Assembly (NCBI GenBank): GCA_963701855.1
Contig: CAVPBK010000004.1
Span: forward strand, 192,001-256,000
Length of the DNA stretch: 64,000 bases
Source of the DNA: Nitrospirota bacterium
GTDB taxonomy: Bacteria; Nitrospirota; Nitrospiria; Nitrospirales; Nitrospiraceae
Reading direction: 5' to 3'
The position numbers were made by a program, and so were the translations under genes. Under the pieces are notes generated by a model. That model did not search any database, was not told the origin of the DNA, and was given only the letters and a program-made list of their open reading frames with translations. Below, piece by piece: positions 28,257 through 38,627 of the stretch (its first letter is position 1; each line of letters begins with the position of its first letter).

Positions 28257-28982
28257 ATGCGACGTATCCTAGGGATCGTGGCGATCTCTCTTCTCATCGG
28301 GGCAAGCGGCTGCGCCTCGACACAAGAGGCCAAGTCGGTAGAAAAATCAGGCTTTCTTGGTGACTATTCCAGGCTGAAGGAAGGCCAAAGAGGCAGCTTC
28401 ATGTCGCAAGGGGCGGAGGGCCAGGCCTTGTTGGTCTATAAGAATCCTGACGCCGATTGGCGAAAATATAAGAAAGTGTGGCTGGATCCAGTGAAAGTCT
28501 GGATGAATCAGAAAGACTCACAGCTCAACGACGTGGCGGACGAAGATCGGCAACGGCTGGCGGGGTTGCTCTGGTCGAAGGTGAACGAACAGCTCAAACA
28601 AGATTACGTGATGACGAGTACCCCTGGTCCGGACGTAATGCGCATCCAAATGGCCATTACCGAAGCCGCATCTTCCAACCCCTTTATGGATTTTCTCACG
28701 AGCATCTATTTGCCGGCGAAATTGCTGTTGACTCCGAAGAGCATGGCCACCGGCGTGGCAGCATTCGCGGGCAGTGCGAGTGCAGAATTAAGGGTAACCG
28801 ATACTGCCACTGGAACTGTTCTCATGGAAGCAGTCGATCGCCGGGGCGGTACGAAGAGTCTCGGTGGGTCCTGGTCCTCCTGGAACGACGCCGAAGAATC
28901 GTTCCGTTTCTGGTCCGAAAAGATGCGCTATCGCTTATGCCAATTTCGAGGGGGCATGGACTGCGTGGAGCCGAAGGCCTGA
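28257..28982 (+). CDS. DUF3313-like lipoprotein
   Basis: AAGGAGG RBS, lipobox ASGC, SGFLGDYS.L, and AELRVTD..TG..L..AVDRR.G. Confidence 0.85.
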   Translation: MRRILGIVAISLLIGASGCASTQEAKSVEKSGFLGDYSRLKEGQRGSFMSQGAEGQALLVYKNPDADWRKYKKVWLDPVKVWMNQKDSQLNDVADEDRQRLAGLLWSKVNEQLKQDYVMTSTPGPDVMRIQMAITEAASSNPFMDFLTSIYLPAKLLLTPKSMATGVAAFAGSASAELRVTDTATGTVLMEAVDRRGGTKSLGGSWSSWNDAEESFRFWSEKMRYRLCQFRGGMDCVEPKA

Positions 28983-29187
28983 AGGTCAGGTAAGCACCGC
29001 GCTCATCTTGTACGGCGAGCGCGGTACTGTTCCCCGCTGGCGGCCCTGGCCCCTGTGAGACCCCCTCAGCGCAGTGAAATCCTCAAGGTTTTCGGGTTTA
29101 AATAATGCCCGAATCGAGCCCCCGCAACCAACTGGGGAGGGCGCAGCGGCACCTTGATTTTGGGGCTGAAATAATTTATGCCTCGGT

Positions 29188-29429
29188 TGCCCTCCACCAC
29201 CATTGTTGCCAATTCGCACCCCCGTCAATAATCGATCAAAGGTGCCCGTCGCCGTAAAGCGATACCCTGCCTTTCCCCCATCCATAATCGGCTCATAGAC
29301 TATGTGTCCATCTAAGAGCTTTTTAAGCATCTGGCGGGCGGGTGGCACGTGGCGAGCGAAGAGAGCAAGAATGTCTTCCAGAAGGCTTCGGAGCTCTTTG
29401 GCGAGACGCTTGGCGTCCAGGGAAACCAC
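29188..29429 (-). pseudogene. C-terminal remnant of a probable large serine recombinase, ending across an att core (TGCCCTCCACCA, 29188-29199)
   Basis: ARQMLKKLLDGHIVYEP...YRFTATGTFDRLL resembles recombinase C-termini as I recall them. The 12 bp are identical to tRNA 25875-25886. Confidence 0.6.
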
Positions 29430-29446
29430 TTGAGCGAAGGCATCGA

Positions 29447-31612
29447 TTATTTCGTGACGACAACATCGACCCGACCTTCTTGTCGCAGGATGGTGATGCC
29501 GACATCCTGCGCCTGACGTTCAAGCGAGAGGTCAACTACGGCGTCTCCAATCCTCAGATTTTTCATCTCAATGTGGTCCAGAAACGGCGGCAAGACCGGT
29601 TGGAAGAACGACAGGCGACTCCGAGTGGCCTCAATTTGCAAACCGAGGCAGGATTGGAGCAGCAGAAACACGGCGACTGAGGACCACGTCTGAGGATTAC
29701 AGGCAACCGGGTAGAGCGTTGGACCTTCACCTGGGCGACGTGGGAAGCCGCACAGCAATTCAGGCAACCGATGCAGTTCGAGAAACATGGTGGCGTCGAA
29801 GAGTCCGCTAAGAATCTTCAATGCGCCTTGTTTGAATCCGTAGGAGGCCATCCCCGCTGCGATCAGGGCATTATCGTGCGGCCAGACCGATCCGTTGTGG
29901 TATGCCATCGGATTAAAGCGGGTCTCAGTCGCTGCCACGGTTCGGACCCCCCATCCGTTAAACAATTCTTCACCCATTAAGGTCTTGGCCGTTCTCATGC
30001 CGTGCTTTTTGTCGGCAATACCGGCCCAGAGGCAGTGGCCGGCATTCGACGTCCTGACACGACAAGGCTGCTTGAACCCATCCAACGCTAACGCGTAGGA
30101 CGAGAGATCGTTGCACCAGAAGCGTCGCTCGAACTGAGTGCGTAACGTGTCCGCCTCCTTGAGCAAACGTCTGGACTGCTCGGTATGGCCCAGCGCCACC
30201 GCTAATTGGGCCGCACGCCGTTTAGCGGCAAACACATACCCTTGTACTTCGCAGAGCGCGATAGGCCCTTCCGCCAGGCTGCCATCTGCATGAAATACGG
30301 CATCCTGCGAATCCTTCCACCCTTGATGGATAAGCCCGTCTTTCGACCGGCGGGTGTACTCCACGAAGCCATCGCCATCGAGATCCCCCGTATGATCAAT
30401 CCACTGCAACGCAAGCTCAATATTCGGCCAGATTTGTGTGATGAAAGCCTTATTGCCTGTTCGTTCGTAATAGGCTCCGGCCAGCATAATGAACAGTGGC
30501 GTCGCGTCGATGCTACCGTAGTAGCGACCGTACGGAATCTCGTTAAGGGCCGCCATCTCCCCCTTCCGTGTTTCATGCAAAATCTTGCCGATCTCAGCGT
30601 CCTGCTCCGGTAGAACTTCCTTCGCTTGTGTCGCAGCCAGATAGGCCAATACCCCTCGGGCGATGCTTGGATTAATCCACAGAAATTCGAATGCGGTGAT
30701 GAGGCCGTCGCGTCCGAATGGGGTGCTGAACCATGGAACCCCGGCGTAGGGGTATGGGCCGTCAGAAGTGTCTGAGACCATCATGTGGAGGTCGGCCAGC
30801 GCGCGGTTCAGCCACATATTGAATTGCGCATTCGATGTCACGATGTGGCAGTCGTCAGCCCTAGCGGAATGGAGCGCTCGCTCCACTTCGACGAGTGCAT
30901 GCTCATATGAATGATCACACCTGATTCGCTGGGTGACTTCACAGGAGATAGTCAGATCCCACTGGACAACTTCTCCCGCCGGCAAGAACGTATCGAAGCG
31001 AATCTCCTCGGGATAGACTGCCGTCGGAGCCGGTGCACAACGGACAGTGACCCACCGTTCCACATGATCTAACCCCTCATATCCGAGCGATAGTCCGTCC
31101 TTGAACATGACGGACTCTAACCGTCGGCCTCGCCGGCTTCGTATCGTCCCACGGACTTCGAACAGGTCGGCAAAATCCGCATCCACTGAGACGGAGAGCC
31201 GGACCGGAACGGGATGGAGGCTATAATTGTGCACTCGAAGGCGCTCGAAGCAGAGGCCTTGCCACAAGAACCGAGTTCGAGACAAGTGCAGCGATCCACG
31301 CGAAATTTGTACCTGTCCGTCAGCGGCCATGTCAGGATTCGTGAGATCGACGTTGAGCAAGACATTGTCTTGCTTGACCGTCGAGCTGAGCAGCAACGGC
31401 CGTTCCCCATTGAGGGTCAGCACAAAATGGGACAGAAAACGGGTCCCTTCATGGTAGAGGCCATGCGAGCCCGTTCTCAGAGAATGGATGTCGCCGTATT
31501 GATCGAACAGGCCGAACGTGTCGCCTTGCTTCAGCACCTCGATGTGGTCGTCGGTCAGCGAGGAGGAGGCCACAATCTGATATTGATCAGTCCGACGTTC
31601 GACGTGTTCCAT
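29447..31612 (-). CDS. Amylo-alpha-1,6-glucosidase / glycogen-debranching family protein
   Basis: AGVPWFSTPFGRD, GKILHE, YYGSIDATPLF, QGWKDS, YHNGSVWPHDN. Confidence 0.92.
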   Translation of the reverse strand: MEHVERRTDQYQIVASSSLTDDHIEVLKQGDTFGLFDQYGDIHSLRTGSHGLYHEGTRFLSHFVLTLNGERPLLLSSTVKQDNVLLNVDLTNPDMAADGQVQISRGSLHLSRTRFLWQGLCFERLRVHNYSLHPVPVRLSVSVDADFADLFEVRGTIRSRRGRRLESVMFKDGLSLGYEGLDHVERWVTVRCAPAPTAVYPEEIRFDTFLPAGEVVQWDLTISCEVTQRIRCDHSYEHALVEVERALHSARADDCHIVTSNAQFNMWLNRALADLHMMVSDTSDGPYPYAGVPWFSTPFGRDGLITAFEFLWINPSIARGVLAYLAATQAKEVLPEQDAEIGKILHETRKGEMAALNEIPYGRYYGSIDATPLFIMLAGAYYERTGNKAFITQIWPNIELALQWIDHTGDLDGDGFVEYTRRSKDGLIHQGWKDSQDAVFHADGSLAEGPIALCEVQGYVFAAKRRAAQLAVALGHTEQSRRLLKEADTLRTQFERRFWCNDLSSYALALDGFKQPCRVRTSNAGHCLWAGIADKKHGMRTAKTLMGEELFNGWGVRTVAATETRFNPMAYHNGSVWPHDNALIAAGMASYGFKQGALKILSGLFDATMFLELHRLPELLCGFPRRPGEGPTLYPVACNPQTWSSVAVFLLLQSCLGLQIEATRSRLSFFQPVLPPFLDHIEMKNLRIGDAVVDLSLERQAQDVGITILRQEGRVDVVVTK

Positions 31613-31621
31613 GAGTCCCTC

Positions 31622-32923
31622 TCATCGGTTTCGGATGGACCAGCTCAACCAGCCTCCGAGAGAGGCAGTGAGAAGGAAGGTCGCGCCAATGCCTGTAATT
31701 CCCGCCGCTTCACCAAACCGTTCTGTGACCCAACCGAATATGCTGATCCCACTGATGGCGGCCGTCATGGCACCAGTGCTGTAGAGGCCTAGGACGCGCC
31801 CCACCATCATTTGAGGCGTCAGCTCTTGCACGATTCCCCACGCGATCGGGGTGAAGGCTCCCATCCCTCCTCCAATCACGATCATGAGGAGACTGACCAG
31901 GTAGAGGTCTTTCGTCCAGACGAGCACCCCGATAGCCAAAGCACTGGCCACGCTCGCCCCAGCGATGATCTTAGTGCGGTCCGACAAGTTCCACTCGGTG
32001 AACCGCAAGAGCGTCATCGACATGAGCAGCAGCCCTACTCCCAGGGCGGACCAGAGGTAGCCCACCTCGACCGGCCCCAGACCCAACAGCTTATTCGCAA
32101 AGACCGGAAACAACGTCGTGAGGGCGCTGGCGCCGAATCCGTAACATCCCGCCGTGAAAACCAGCAGCAGGATGACGCGTTGTTTAATCGCGACGAAGGC
32201 CAGTCCCTCGCTGAAATCTTGGAATGCTGAGCCACGGGTCATTTGTGATTCTACAGATGGCTGCCCTGTTTCCAGTCTCACTAGCCCGAGGCAGAGCGCT
32301 GCCACGAAATATGTGACCGCGTTCAGACAGAGCACTTCCTGCGAACCGAACAAGGCGATTCCTATTCCGCTCAACGCAGGACCGAAAATGATGCCCAAGC
32401 TGGTCGTGCTCTGAATAAGCGCATTCGCAGCCGTGAATTGCGCCCTTGGGACAATCAGAGGCACCGACGACGTCAGTGCCGGACTGAACGTCGCCATCGC
32501 CACCGCGTCGAGAAAGACAAGGACATACAAGAGATTGACTGTGAAGGTGTCGGTTGACACGGCGCAGGGAATGATCCCGATCAGCATTGCCCGCAATACG
32601 TTCGATCCGATGAGGAAGAATTTTTTCGGCAATCGGTCCACATAGACGCCGATAACGGGACCGAGCACGATGGGAGGAATCGTATGAAGGAGTCCGATAA
32701 TGGTGGTTTTCACCGGCGAACCGGTAATGGAATACACGAACCAGAGCAGGGCAAGGTTCGAAATTCCATCGCCAACTTGGGACACCAGCTGACTGAGCCA
32801 GATCAATCCAAAATCTCGCGTGAACAGCAGGCGCCAGGGACGCACCGCGCGCACCTCTGTTTGTGTCGCTCCATTGTGCCACGCAGAATCTCGGTTGATT
32901 ATCAAAGTCTGCCAAGACCTCAT
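31622..32923 (-). CDS. MFS transporter (DHA3-like)
   Basis: About 12 hydrophobic segments; G.YVDRLPKK motif A. Confidence 0.92.
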   Translation of the reverse strand: MRSWQTLIINRDSAWHNGATQTEVRAVRPWRLLFTRDFGLIWLSQLVSQVGDGISNLALLWFVYSITGSPVKTTIIGLLHTIPPIVLGPVIGVYVDRLPKKFFLIGSNVLRAMLIGIIPCAVSTDTFTVNLLYVLVFLDAVAMATFSPALTSSVPLIVPRAQFTAANALIQSTTSLGIIFGPALSGIGIALFGSQEVLCLNAVTYFVAALCLGLVRLETGQPSVESQMTRGSAFQDFSEGLAFVAIKQRVILLLVFTAGCYGFGASALTTLFPVFANKLLGLGPVEVGYLWSALGVGLLLMSMTLLRFTEWNLSDRTKIIAGASVASALAIGVLVWTKDLYLVSLLMIVIGGGMGAFTPIAWGIVQELTPQMMVGRVLGLYSTGAMTAAISGISIFGWVTERFGEAAGITGIGATFLLTASLGGWLSWSIRNR

Positions 32924-33714
32924 CCCTCCCTCTCGATCCTGACCTTATCCGTCCTCACAGCTTTTACCCCCGGGACCTGCCTGGCCGCTTCTGCCGCTTC
33001 CAAGATAATTACTTGGAATCGGACGGTGCCGCTGAGCGAAACTATTCCCTGCTCCGTCTTCACCTCGAAGTTGGCCGCGGTTACGGTCACACTTTGGGCA
33101 AATCGTTCTTTGACATAGCGGGTAATGATGTCGTCCTGTTTGTGCGTGATGACGTCCGGCAGATCTTTGACCACCTCTAGTTTGTTTGACACAGATTTCA
33201 CGGTCGGCACGGTGCTCGCGATTTTTTCTGCGGTGGCCTTCTCCATCTCGGTGGACACCTTCCCCGCAAGCGTGATTCCGTCAGATCCGGCGTCCACCTC
33301 GATCTCGTACGGAAACAGGAGGGGATCTTCCAGCAACGCGAGTTTGACCGTCAGAATCAGCGAGGATACGCCTTTCTTGCCCGTACCCTCTTTTTCTTTC
33401 TCTGCCCCCTCTTCTCTTACGTCTTTTTTCGCCTTCGATTCCTCGCCCTTGGATGTCTCTGCCTTCGGCTGAGCTGGTTTCGATTCCTGAGCGAACGACT
33501 GAGCGGGTGGCAGGTCTTTCTGTGGCTTGGCAGGAGGCTTGGGAGCCGCCGCTTTGCCCTGATCGGCGGGGGACTGATCTGACGTGATCGAATTTTGATC
33601 ACTCTGGGCGAGCATCGGATTCATGAGCTGATCCGTAAACAGGGCACACAGGCAAAACACCAGGAGCAGGTGACCCAACCCGGAATTGTCGCACCAGAGA
33701 AGGAGCTGTTTCAC
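32920..33714 (-). CDS. Periplasmic dual-BON-domain protein
   Basis: VKLALL...IEVDA..DGITLAGKV...VKSVSNKL plus a second BON domain. GTG start inferred; the ORF-track N-terminus overlaps the MFS gene. Confidence 0.8.
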   Translation of the reverse strand: MKQLLLWCDNSGLGHLLLVFCLCALFTDQLMNPMLAQSDQNSITSDQSPADQGKAAAPKPPAKPQKDLPPAQSFAQESKPAQPKAETSKGEESKAKKDVREEGAEKEKEGTGKKGVSSLILTVKLALLEDPLLFPYEIEVDAGSDGITLAGKVSTEMEKATAEKIASTVPTVKSVSNKLEVVKDLPDVITHKQDDIITRYVKERFAQSVTVTAANFEVKTEQGIVSLSGTVRFQVIILEAAEAARQVPGVKAVRTDKVRIEREG

Positions 33715-33776
33715 ATCCCTTGCATCCTTGTCTATCGGGATCCGCCTCGGCAACGAACACGATGGATTCGCCGGAC

Positions 33777-35060
33777 TTACGAGGCCAATAGCTCGTGAGC
33801 CGTCTGGTCCGGCTGTCGTCGGCTGCAGAGAGCCGCGACGACCGCGGTGCCCAACAACAGCACCCCGATACCCATGAGGCTCGCTGCAGGTCCAACAACG
33901 TCCGCCACCCACCCAAACCCGGCCATCCCGACCATGGCCGCGGCCATGGCACCGGTGCTGAAGGTAGTAAAGACACGGCCTAAGAGGGGTTCGGGCGTCA
34001 ATTCTTGCAACATCGCCCAGACAATTGGCGTGAAGATGGCGGTGCTGCCGCCGAACACGATGATCAGGGCCGCGGCCATCACAGGTGCCTCTAACATGCC
34101 AAGCGTACACACCGCGACAGCACCGACAGCCAGGGCAGCGGAAATCAACCGCAAGCGGTTTTGAAAATCTCCTTGATTGATCCATGCCAGCCAGGCGGAC
34201 GCACCCAGCATCCCTATCCCGAGCGATGACCACAGCCACCCGAGTTCGACGGCACTCGCATCGAGCAGTTGCGTCGCAAATACAGGCAGTAAGAACACGA
34301 AGGCGCTCGCGCCCAAACTGTAGAGGGCAGCAGTGAGCATAAGTAGGAGGACCGTCCGGTGTTGGAAGAATACAAATCGAAATCCGACCAAAAGATCTTG
34401 GAAGATAGTCGCTGTACTAGCCAATCGCTCGCGCATATGCATGGTCTCATGCAGACGCACGGGCATGAGGCACAGCGCGGAGACCAAGAACGTGAACCCA
34501 TCCAGGTACAGCACATTGTGGGCTCCGATTATAGCAATGCCAATTCCGCCTACGGCTGGACCGATCAGCAGACCGATGTTGGTCGTGCTTTGAATCATTG
34601 CATTGGCGGCAGTCAGTTGAGCGCGCGGCACGAGAAGAGGAACGGCTGACGCCAACGCCGGGCCAAAAACCGTTGAGACAATAGCCGTCAGGAAGACAAG
34701 CACGTAGAGCCGTTCGAGCGTCAGAGACTCCATAGCGTACAGCAGAGGGATGAGTATGACCAATCCCGCACGGATAAGGTCTACCCAGATCAGTACCGGT
34801 TTTTTCTTCATCCGATCGAGATAGACACCGATCAGGGGACCGAAGACTAACGGCGGAATGGTTTGGAGTAATCCGATCAGCGTCATCTTAAAGGCTGAAC
34901 CGGTCAGTTCATACACGAACCACAGCAGCGCCACTTTGTTCATGCTGTCGCCGATCTGGGAAACGGCTTGGCCGGAAAACAAAAACCCGAAGCTCCTCGT
35001 TCTCAGCAACTCCCATCCGGATCCTACCCGGCCATCATTGACCTTGACGTTATCAGCCAC
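33777..35060 (-). CDS. MFS transporter, paralog of 31622-32923
   Basis: SQIGD...ALLWFVYELTGS and GVYLDRMKKK; about 12 TM segments. Confidence 0.92.
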   Translation of the reverse strand: MADNVKVNDGRVGSGWELLRTRSFGFLFSGQAVSQIGDSMNKVALLWFVYELTGSAFKMTLIGLLQTIPPLVFGPLIGVYLDRMKKKPVLIWVDLIRAGLVILIPLLYAMESLTLERLYVLVFLTAIVSTVFGPALASAVPLLVPRAQLTAANAMIQSTTNIGLLIGPAVGGIGIAIIGAHNVLYLDGFTFLVSALCLMPVRLHETMHMRERLASTATIFQDLLVGFRFVFFQHRTVLLLMLTAALYSLGASAFVFLLPVFATQLLDASAVELGWLWSSLGIGMLGASAWLAWINQGDFQNRLRLISAALAVGAVAVCTLGMLEAPVMAAALIIVFGGSTAIFTPIVWAMLQELTPEPLLGRVFTTFSTGAMAAAMVGMAGFGWVADVVGPAASLMGIGVLLLGTAVVAALCSRRQPDQTAHELLAS

Positions 35061-35154
35061 AACAAAACCTCCCCCAACCCTTCAATCACAGATGCATCGT
35101 TCGAACACCCGCTGGAAATTGTTTTCGAGAACACCAGCCTCCTTTCGCTCATGT

Positions 35155-36243
35155 TTACACACCGATCGATAAAGCAGGCAAGGGGGAGAAACTCCCTGCC
35201 TCTGCCTCCCTTTCGTACGTACTACCGAGGGTGTGCCTATACACTCGGAGATAGTCTTGCGCCATACGTTCCACACTGAACCGCTCCTCGAAGGTCTGTC
35301 GACATTGCCGACGGTCGATTTCAGGAATACGGTGGATGGCCGTCGTCAGCTCGTCGACTCCCTCGCAGACGAATCCCGTAGTTCCGTCTTCAATGATTTC
35401 CGGAATTGACCCACGCCGGTAGGCCAGCACAGGGGTTCCGCAGGCCAGTGCTTCAATCAGCACGAGCCCGAACGGTTCCGGCCAGTCGTAAGGACAAACG
35501 AGCGCCATTGCCTGACCAAGAAATTCATTTTTTTCGGTATCAGTGATCTCGCCGATGTACTCGATTAACGGATCAGAGAGCAGCGGCTCGATTTCGGTGC
35601 GAAAGTACTCCTGATCCGCCGGATCGACCTTCGCCGCAATCCGCAAAGGAATCCCTACCCGCTTGGCGAGTTCAATTGCATGATCCGGTCGCTTCTCGGG
35701 AGCGATACGCCCTAGGAAGGCCAGATAGTCACCGGAATTCGGATGGAAGGCGTACAGATCTCTTGGCAAGCCGTGATAGACCGTCGCATGCCAATTTGCC
35801 CAGGAGACAGGTTTCCTCTGAGAATTCGAAATCGACACCATCGGCATCTCCGCATACTCGCGAAACACCGGCTCCAGTTCGGGCAGATCGAGCCGACCAT
35901 GGAATGTGGTCACCGTTGGGGTTGGATTCCGCCTGGCGAGAGGGAAACCCATGAAATCGAGATGGGAATGAATGATGTCAAAATCGCCGGTTTTTCCGAG
36001 GGCCTGCTCCATCAGCATCGTCATGGGCGCATCGCGATTGAAGATTCCTGTATTCAATCGCAGGGCGCGAGCGCAGATCGCTTCAAGGCGAGCGGTGGTG
36101 ACCGAATCTCCGCTCGCGAACAGGGTCACGTCGTGACCGAGCCGAACGAGCTCTTCGGTGAGGTAGGATACGATCCGTTCCGTTCCTCCATAGAGTTTGG
36201 GTGGAACGCTCTCCCACAAGGGTGCGACCTGGGCAATTCTCAT
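35155..36243 (-). CDS. Glycosyltransferase family 4
   Basis: MRIAQVAPLWESVPPKLYGGTER, FLGRI.PEK, WPEPFGLVLIEALACGTPV. Confidence 0.95.
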   Translation of the reverse strand: MRIAQVAPLWESVPPKLYGGTERIVSYLTEELVRLGHDVTLFASGDSVTTARLEAICARALRLNTGIFNRDAPMTMLMEQALGKTGDFDIIHSHLDFMGFPLARRNPTPTVTTFHGRLDLPELEPVFREYAEMPMVSISNSQRKPVSWANWHATVYHGLPRDLYAFHPNSGDYLAFLGRIAPEKRPDHAIELAKRVGIPLRIAAKVDPADQEYFRTEIEPLLSDPLIEYIGEITDTEKNEFLGQAMALVCPYDWPEPFGLVLIEALACGTPVLAYRRGSIPEIIEDGTTGFVCEGVDELTTAIHRIPEIDRRQCRQTFEERFSVERMAQDYLRVYRHTLGSTYEREAEAGSFSPLPALSIGV

Positions 36244-36686
36244 CTGACTGCTCCTTTCATCATGGGCTTATTTTTTTCGGTCGCAATGCGACGACTCGTA
36301 CTTCAGGAATCACATCAGCGTCGATTTTTTCTCAAGGACCAGGAACCCGCTCTCGCTGCGTGTTTTTGTCGAAGTGGAGACACCTAAAACTCCCGGAGAT
36401 ATCTTTGATCAAATACATGTCTCCCTTGAGGACAACCGAGCGCCCTTGAGCGTTAGTGGAGACGTCTCAAGGCGGGTACATGAGACCAACCTGATGGACC
36501 AGACAAGCCGGTAGTGGGTCGATTTGAAGTTAACACAGTAGCATGTTCATCAAACAGAAAGTGATCACTGTTGCTCATCTCTCAAATGAGCCGAGCCTTC
36601 GCATTAGATCTTACAGATAGCTCCTCGGGTCCGTCCCGGGGGTTGTCAGAGTAGAGAATTGCATACAACCCCGCATCCCAGAGGCT

Positions 36687-37146
36687 CTACGTGACACCAC
36701 CCTGCCAGGACGAGCGGGGGACTCCAGACGTCCCATGACGATCTCTTCTATTGCTCGTATCGGTTGCCCTCGCTTCATTTTCGAGCTGGTGCAGCGACAG
36801 CACATGTGTCCCATCCTTCAGTTCGCGATCTTTTGCTTCAATACGATCTCCTCGGCCAATACATTCGCGCATCTGGGTATCCGGATCGACATGCAACCTC
36901 ACTTCCTTACCGTCAATCCGCTCGACGAAATAGTTATTGCCTTCTACGCGCAGCACTTGGCCCTTGAGGGGCTCGATACCCTGCTATGTTTCTTCACCGC
37001 ACTTCACGAGATCCGCTTCTCCGGCTCTCCGAGTAGCACAGGGATCGAGGCCAATTTTCTCTGCTGACTGAAGATTAGACAGCCCTCAGGCACAGCACGA
37101 AACTACACGACATGGCACCGACGACGAATTTGTAGATAGATACCAT
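36687..37146 (-). pseudogene. Degraded small secreted protein
   Basis: GAGGAGG RBS, then MVSIYKFVVGAMSCSFVLCL, a +1 frameshift near 37086, an in-frame TAG at 36986-36984, then KGQVLRVEGNNYFV...KEVRLHVD. Confidence 0.65.
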
Positions 37147-38627
37147 AGAGAGAAGCCTCCTCGATTAGCTGTATATACACACACAATGACCTATCATGGG
37201 CTCCTTGAAGAGTGTTTGGACCTATGCAGATGCCTAGTTCTTGGGTGCAGATTAGGCTTAGACTCTTGCAGCGAGAAGTCTCCCCTTCATTCAATGCTTC
37301 CCCGTCAGCATGCATGGTGCTGACGAACGTTCGACGACCTGCCCGGACAGGTCACAGTCTGAGTGAACAAACCACAATCCCATGCCTTGGTGTACATCGC
37401 CATGGAGCGCTGAGGCGCATCACGTCGGCGATTCAAGTCCTCGACAATCTTGAGCGGCAGCGCAATCGCAAAACGCTGAAAGATCCACCGCACACCAGAT
37501 GCTTGCTCGGCCAAACGTCGCCGTACTTGTACTGACTTTGATTGAACATCCGTGATTGCATGCAACAGCCGAAGCAATTCGGCGCACATGCCTGTCTTGA
37601 GAAGGCATACACATCGCCGGAAGATTTGGCCAGGCCATTCAGCTTGCGGTGGCGATTGTGGGAGAGATGCCCAGATGGGGTCACCGACTTCACCATCCAG
37701 TGGATGGCGCTGAAGTGGCAGCTCAGACGTGCCGGGAGTCGTAGTGGGGATATTTATTGGGATCGCATGCATAATCAATCATTTTCATCACATCTTTCGC
37801 GACAGCCAAACCGATCCCGACGATCATGACCACAAGGGCGGCCCCAAGGCCAAACATAAATATCGGCATCCTGCCACCTCCTTTTTCCTTGTTTGCTAGC
37901 CAGGTAAAACAAAGGCCCGACACCTTCGCATCGCGCCTTTGGGTCGTCCGTGCTGGTCCATGCAGGCGACGATGTACCACGTGGCTTAGGCCTTGGTTCC
38001 ATCGCGGTTTCTTCGGCACCGCCTTCAGCCTAGCGTAAGGGGTGCCCGAGGATCACCCACCGATGATAAGCTAGCCCAGTCTCAAAATCTGGTCTGCTTT
38101 GATCACTTTCGAACGGATTAGGCGCCCATCACCCCGGCCACTCCTGCAACTGGTCCGATGGCCCCGAGGGGCGACGGCTAGTGCATCTTGAGCGAGAAGC
38201 GGCTGGCCCCGGCGCTGCTGTTCAAACAAAGCAATCTGGGTCAAATTCCATCCGGCTGAGGGTCCAGCATGGCTGTATGGGTTAGAGGAGGCCTCTGATC
38301 ATCGCCTGATACGTGAATAGCCTCCACCTCGTTCGGCTAGAGTCGAACAGGAGGACTTATGGCGTGCGCACGATGCGGTGGGATTTGGAATCCAACCGCA
38401 GATGACAGCTAATGAAGTTACACAGGCTTTGTCGCCTCCGTCGCCCGTGTTGCCGATGTTAAACCTTTCATTCTCGTTCCCGATCTGGCAGGATGCACCG
38501 CAGCCGGTCAGTGGGGCCAGCGGTCAACGGACTACGCGCCGCCGATCTCCTCGGTCCAGACCAGCTACAACCAAGCCTCAACGAGTACCTGCTACAGTTA
38601 ACGCTATGTCGATCCACACCTTGAAAC

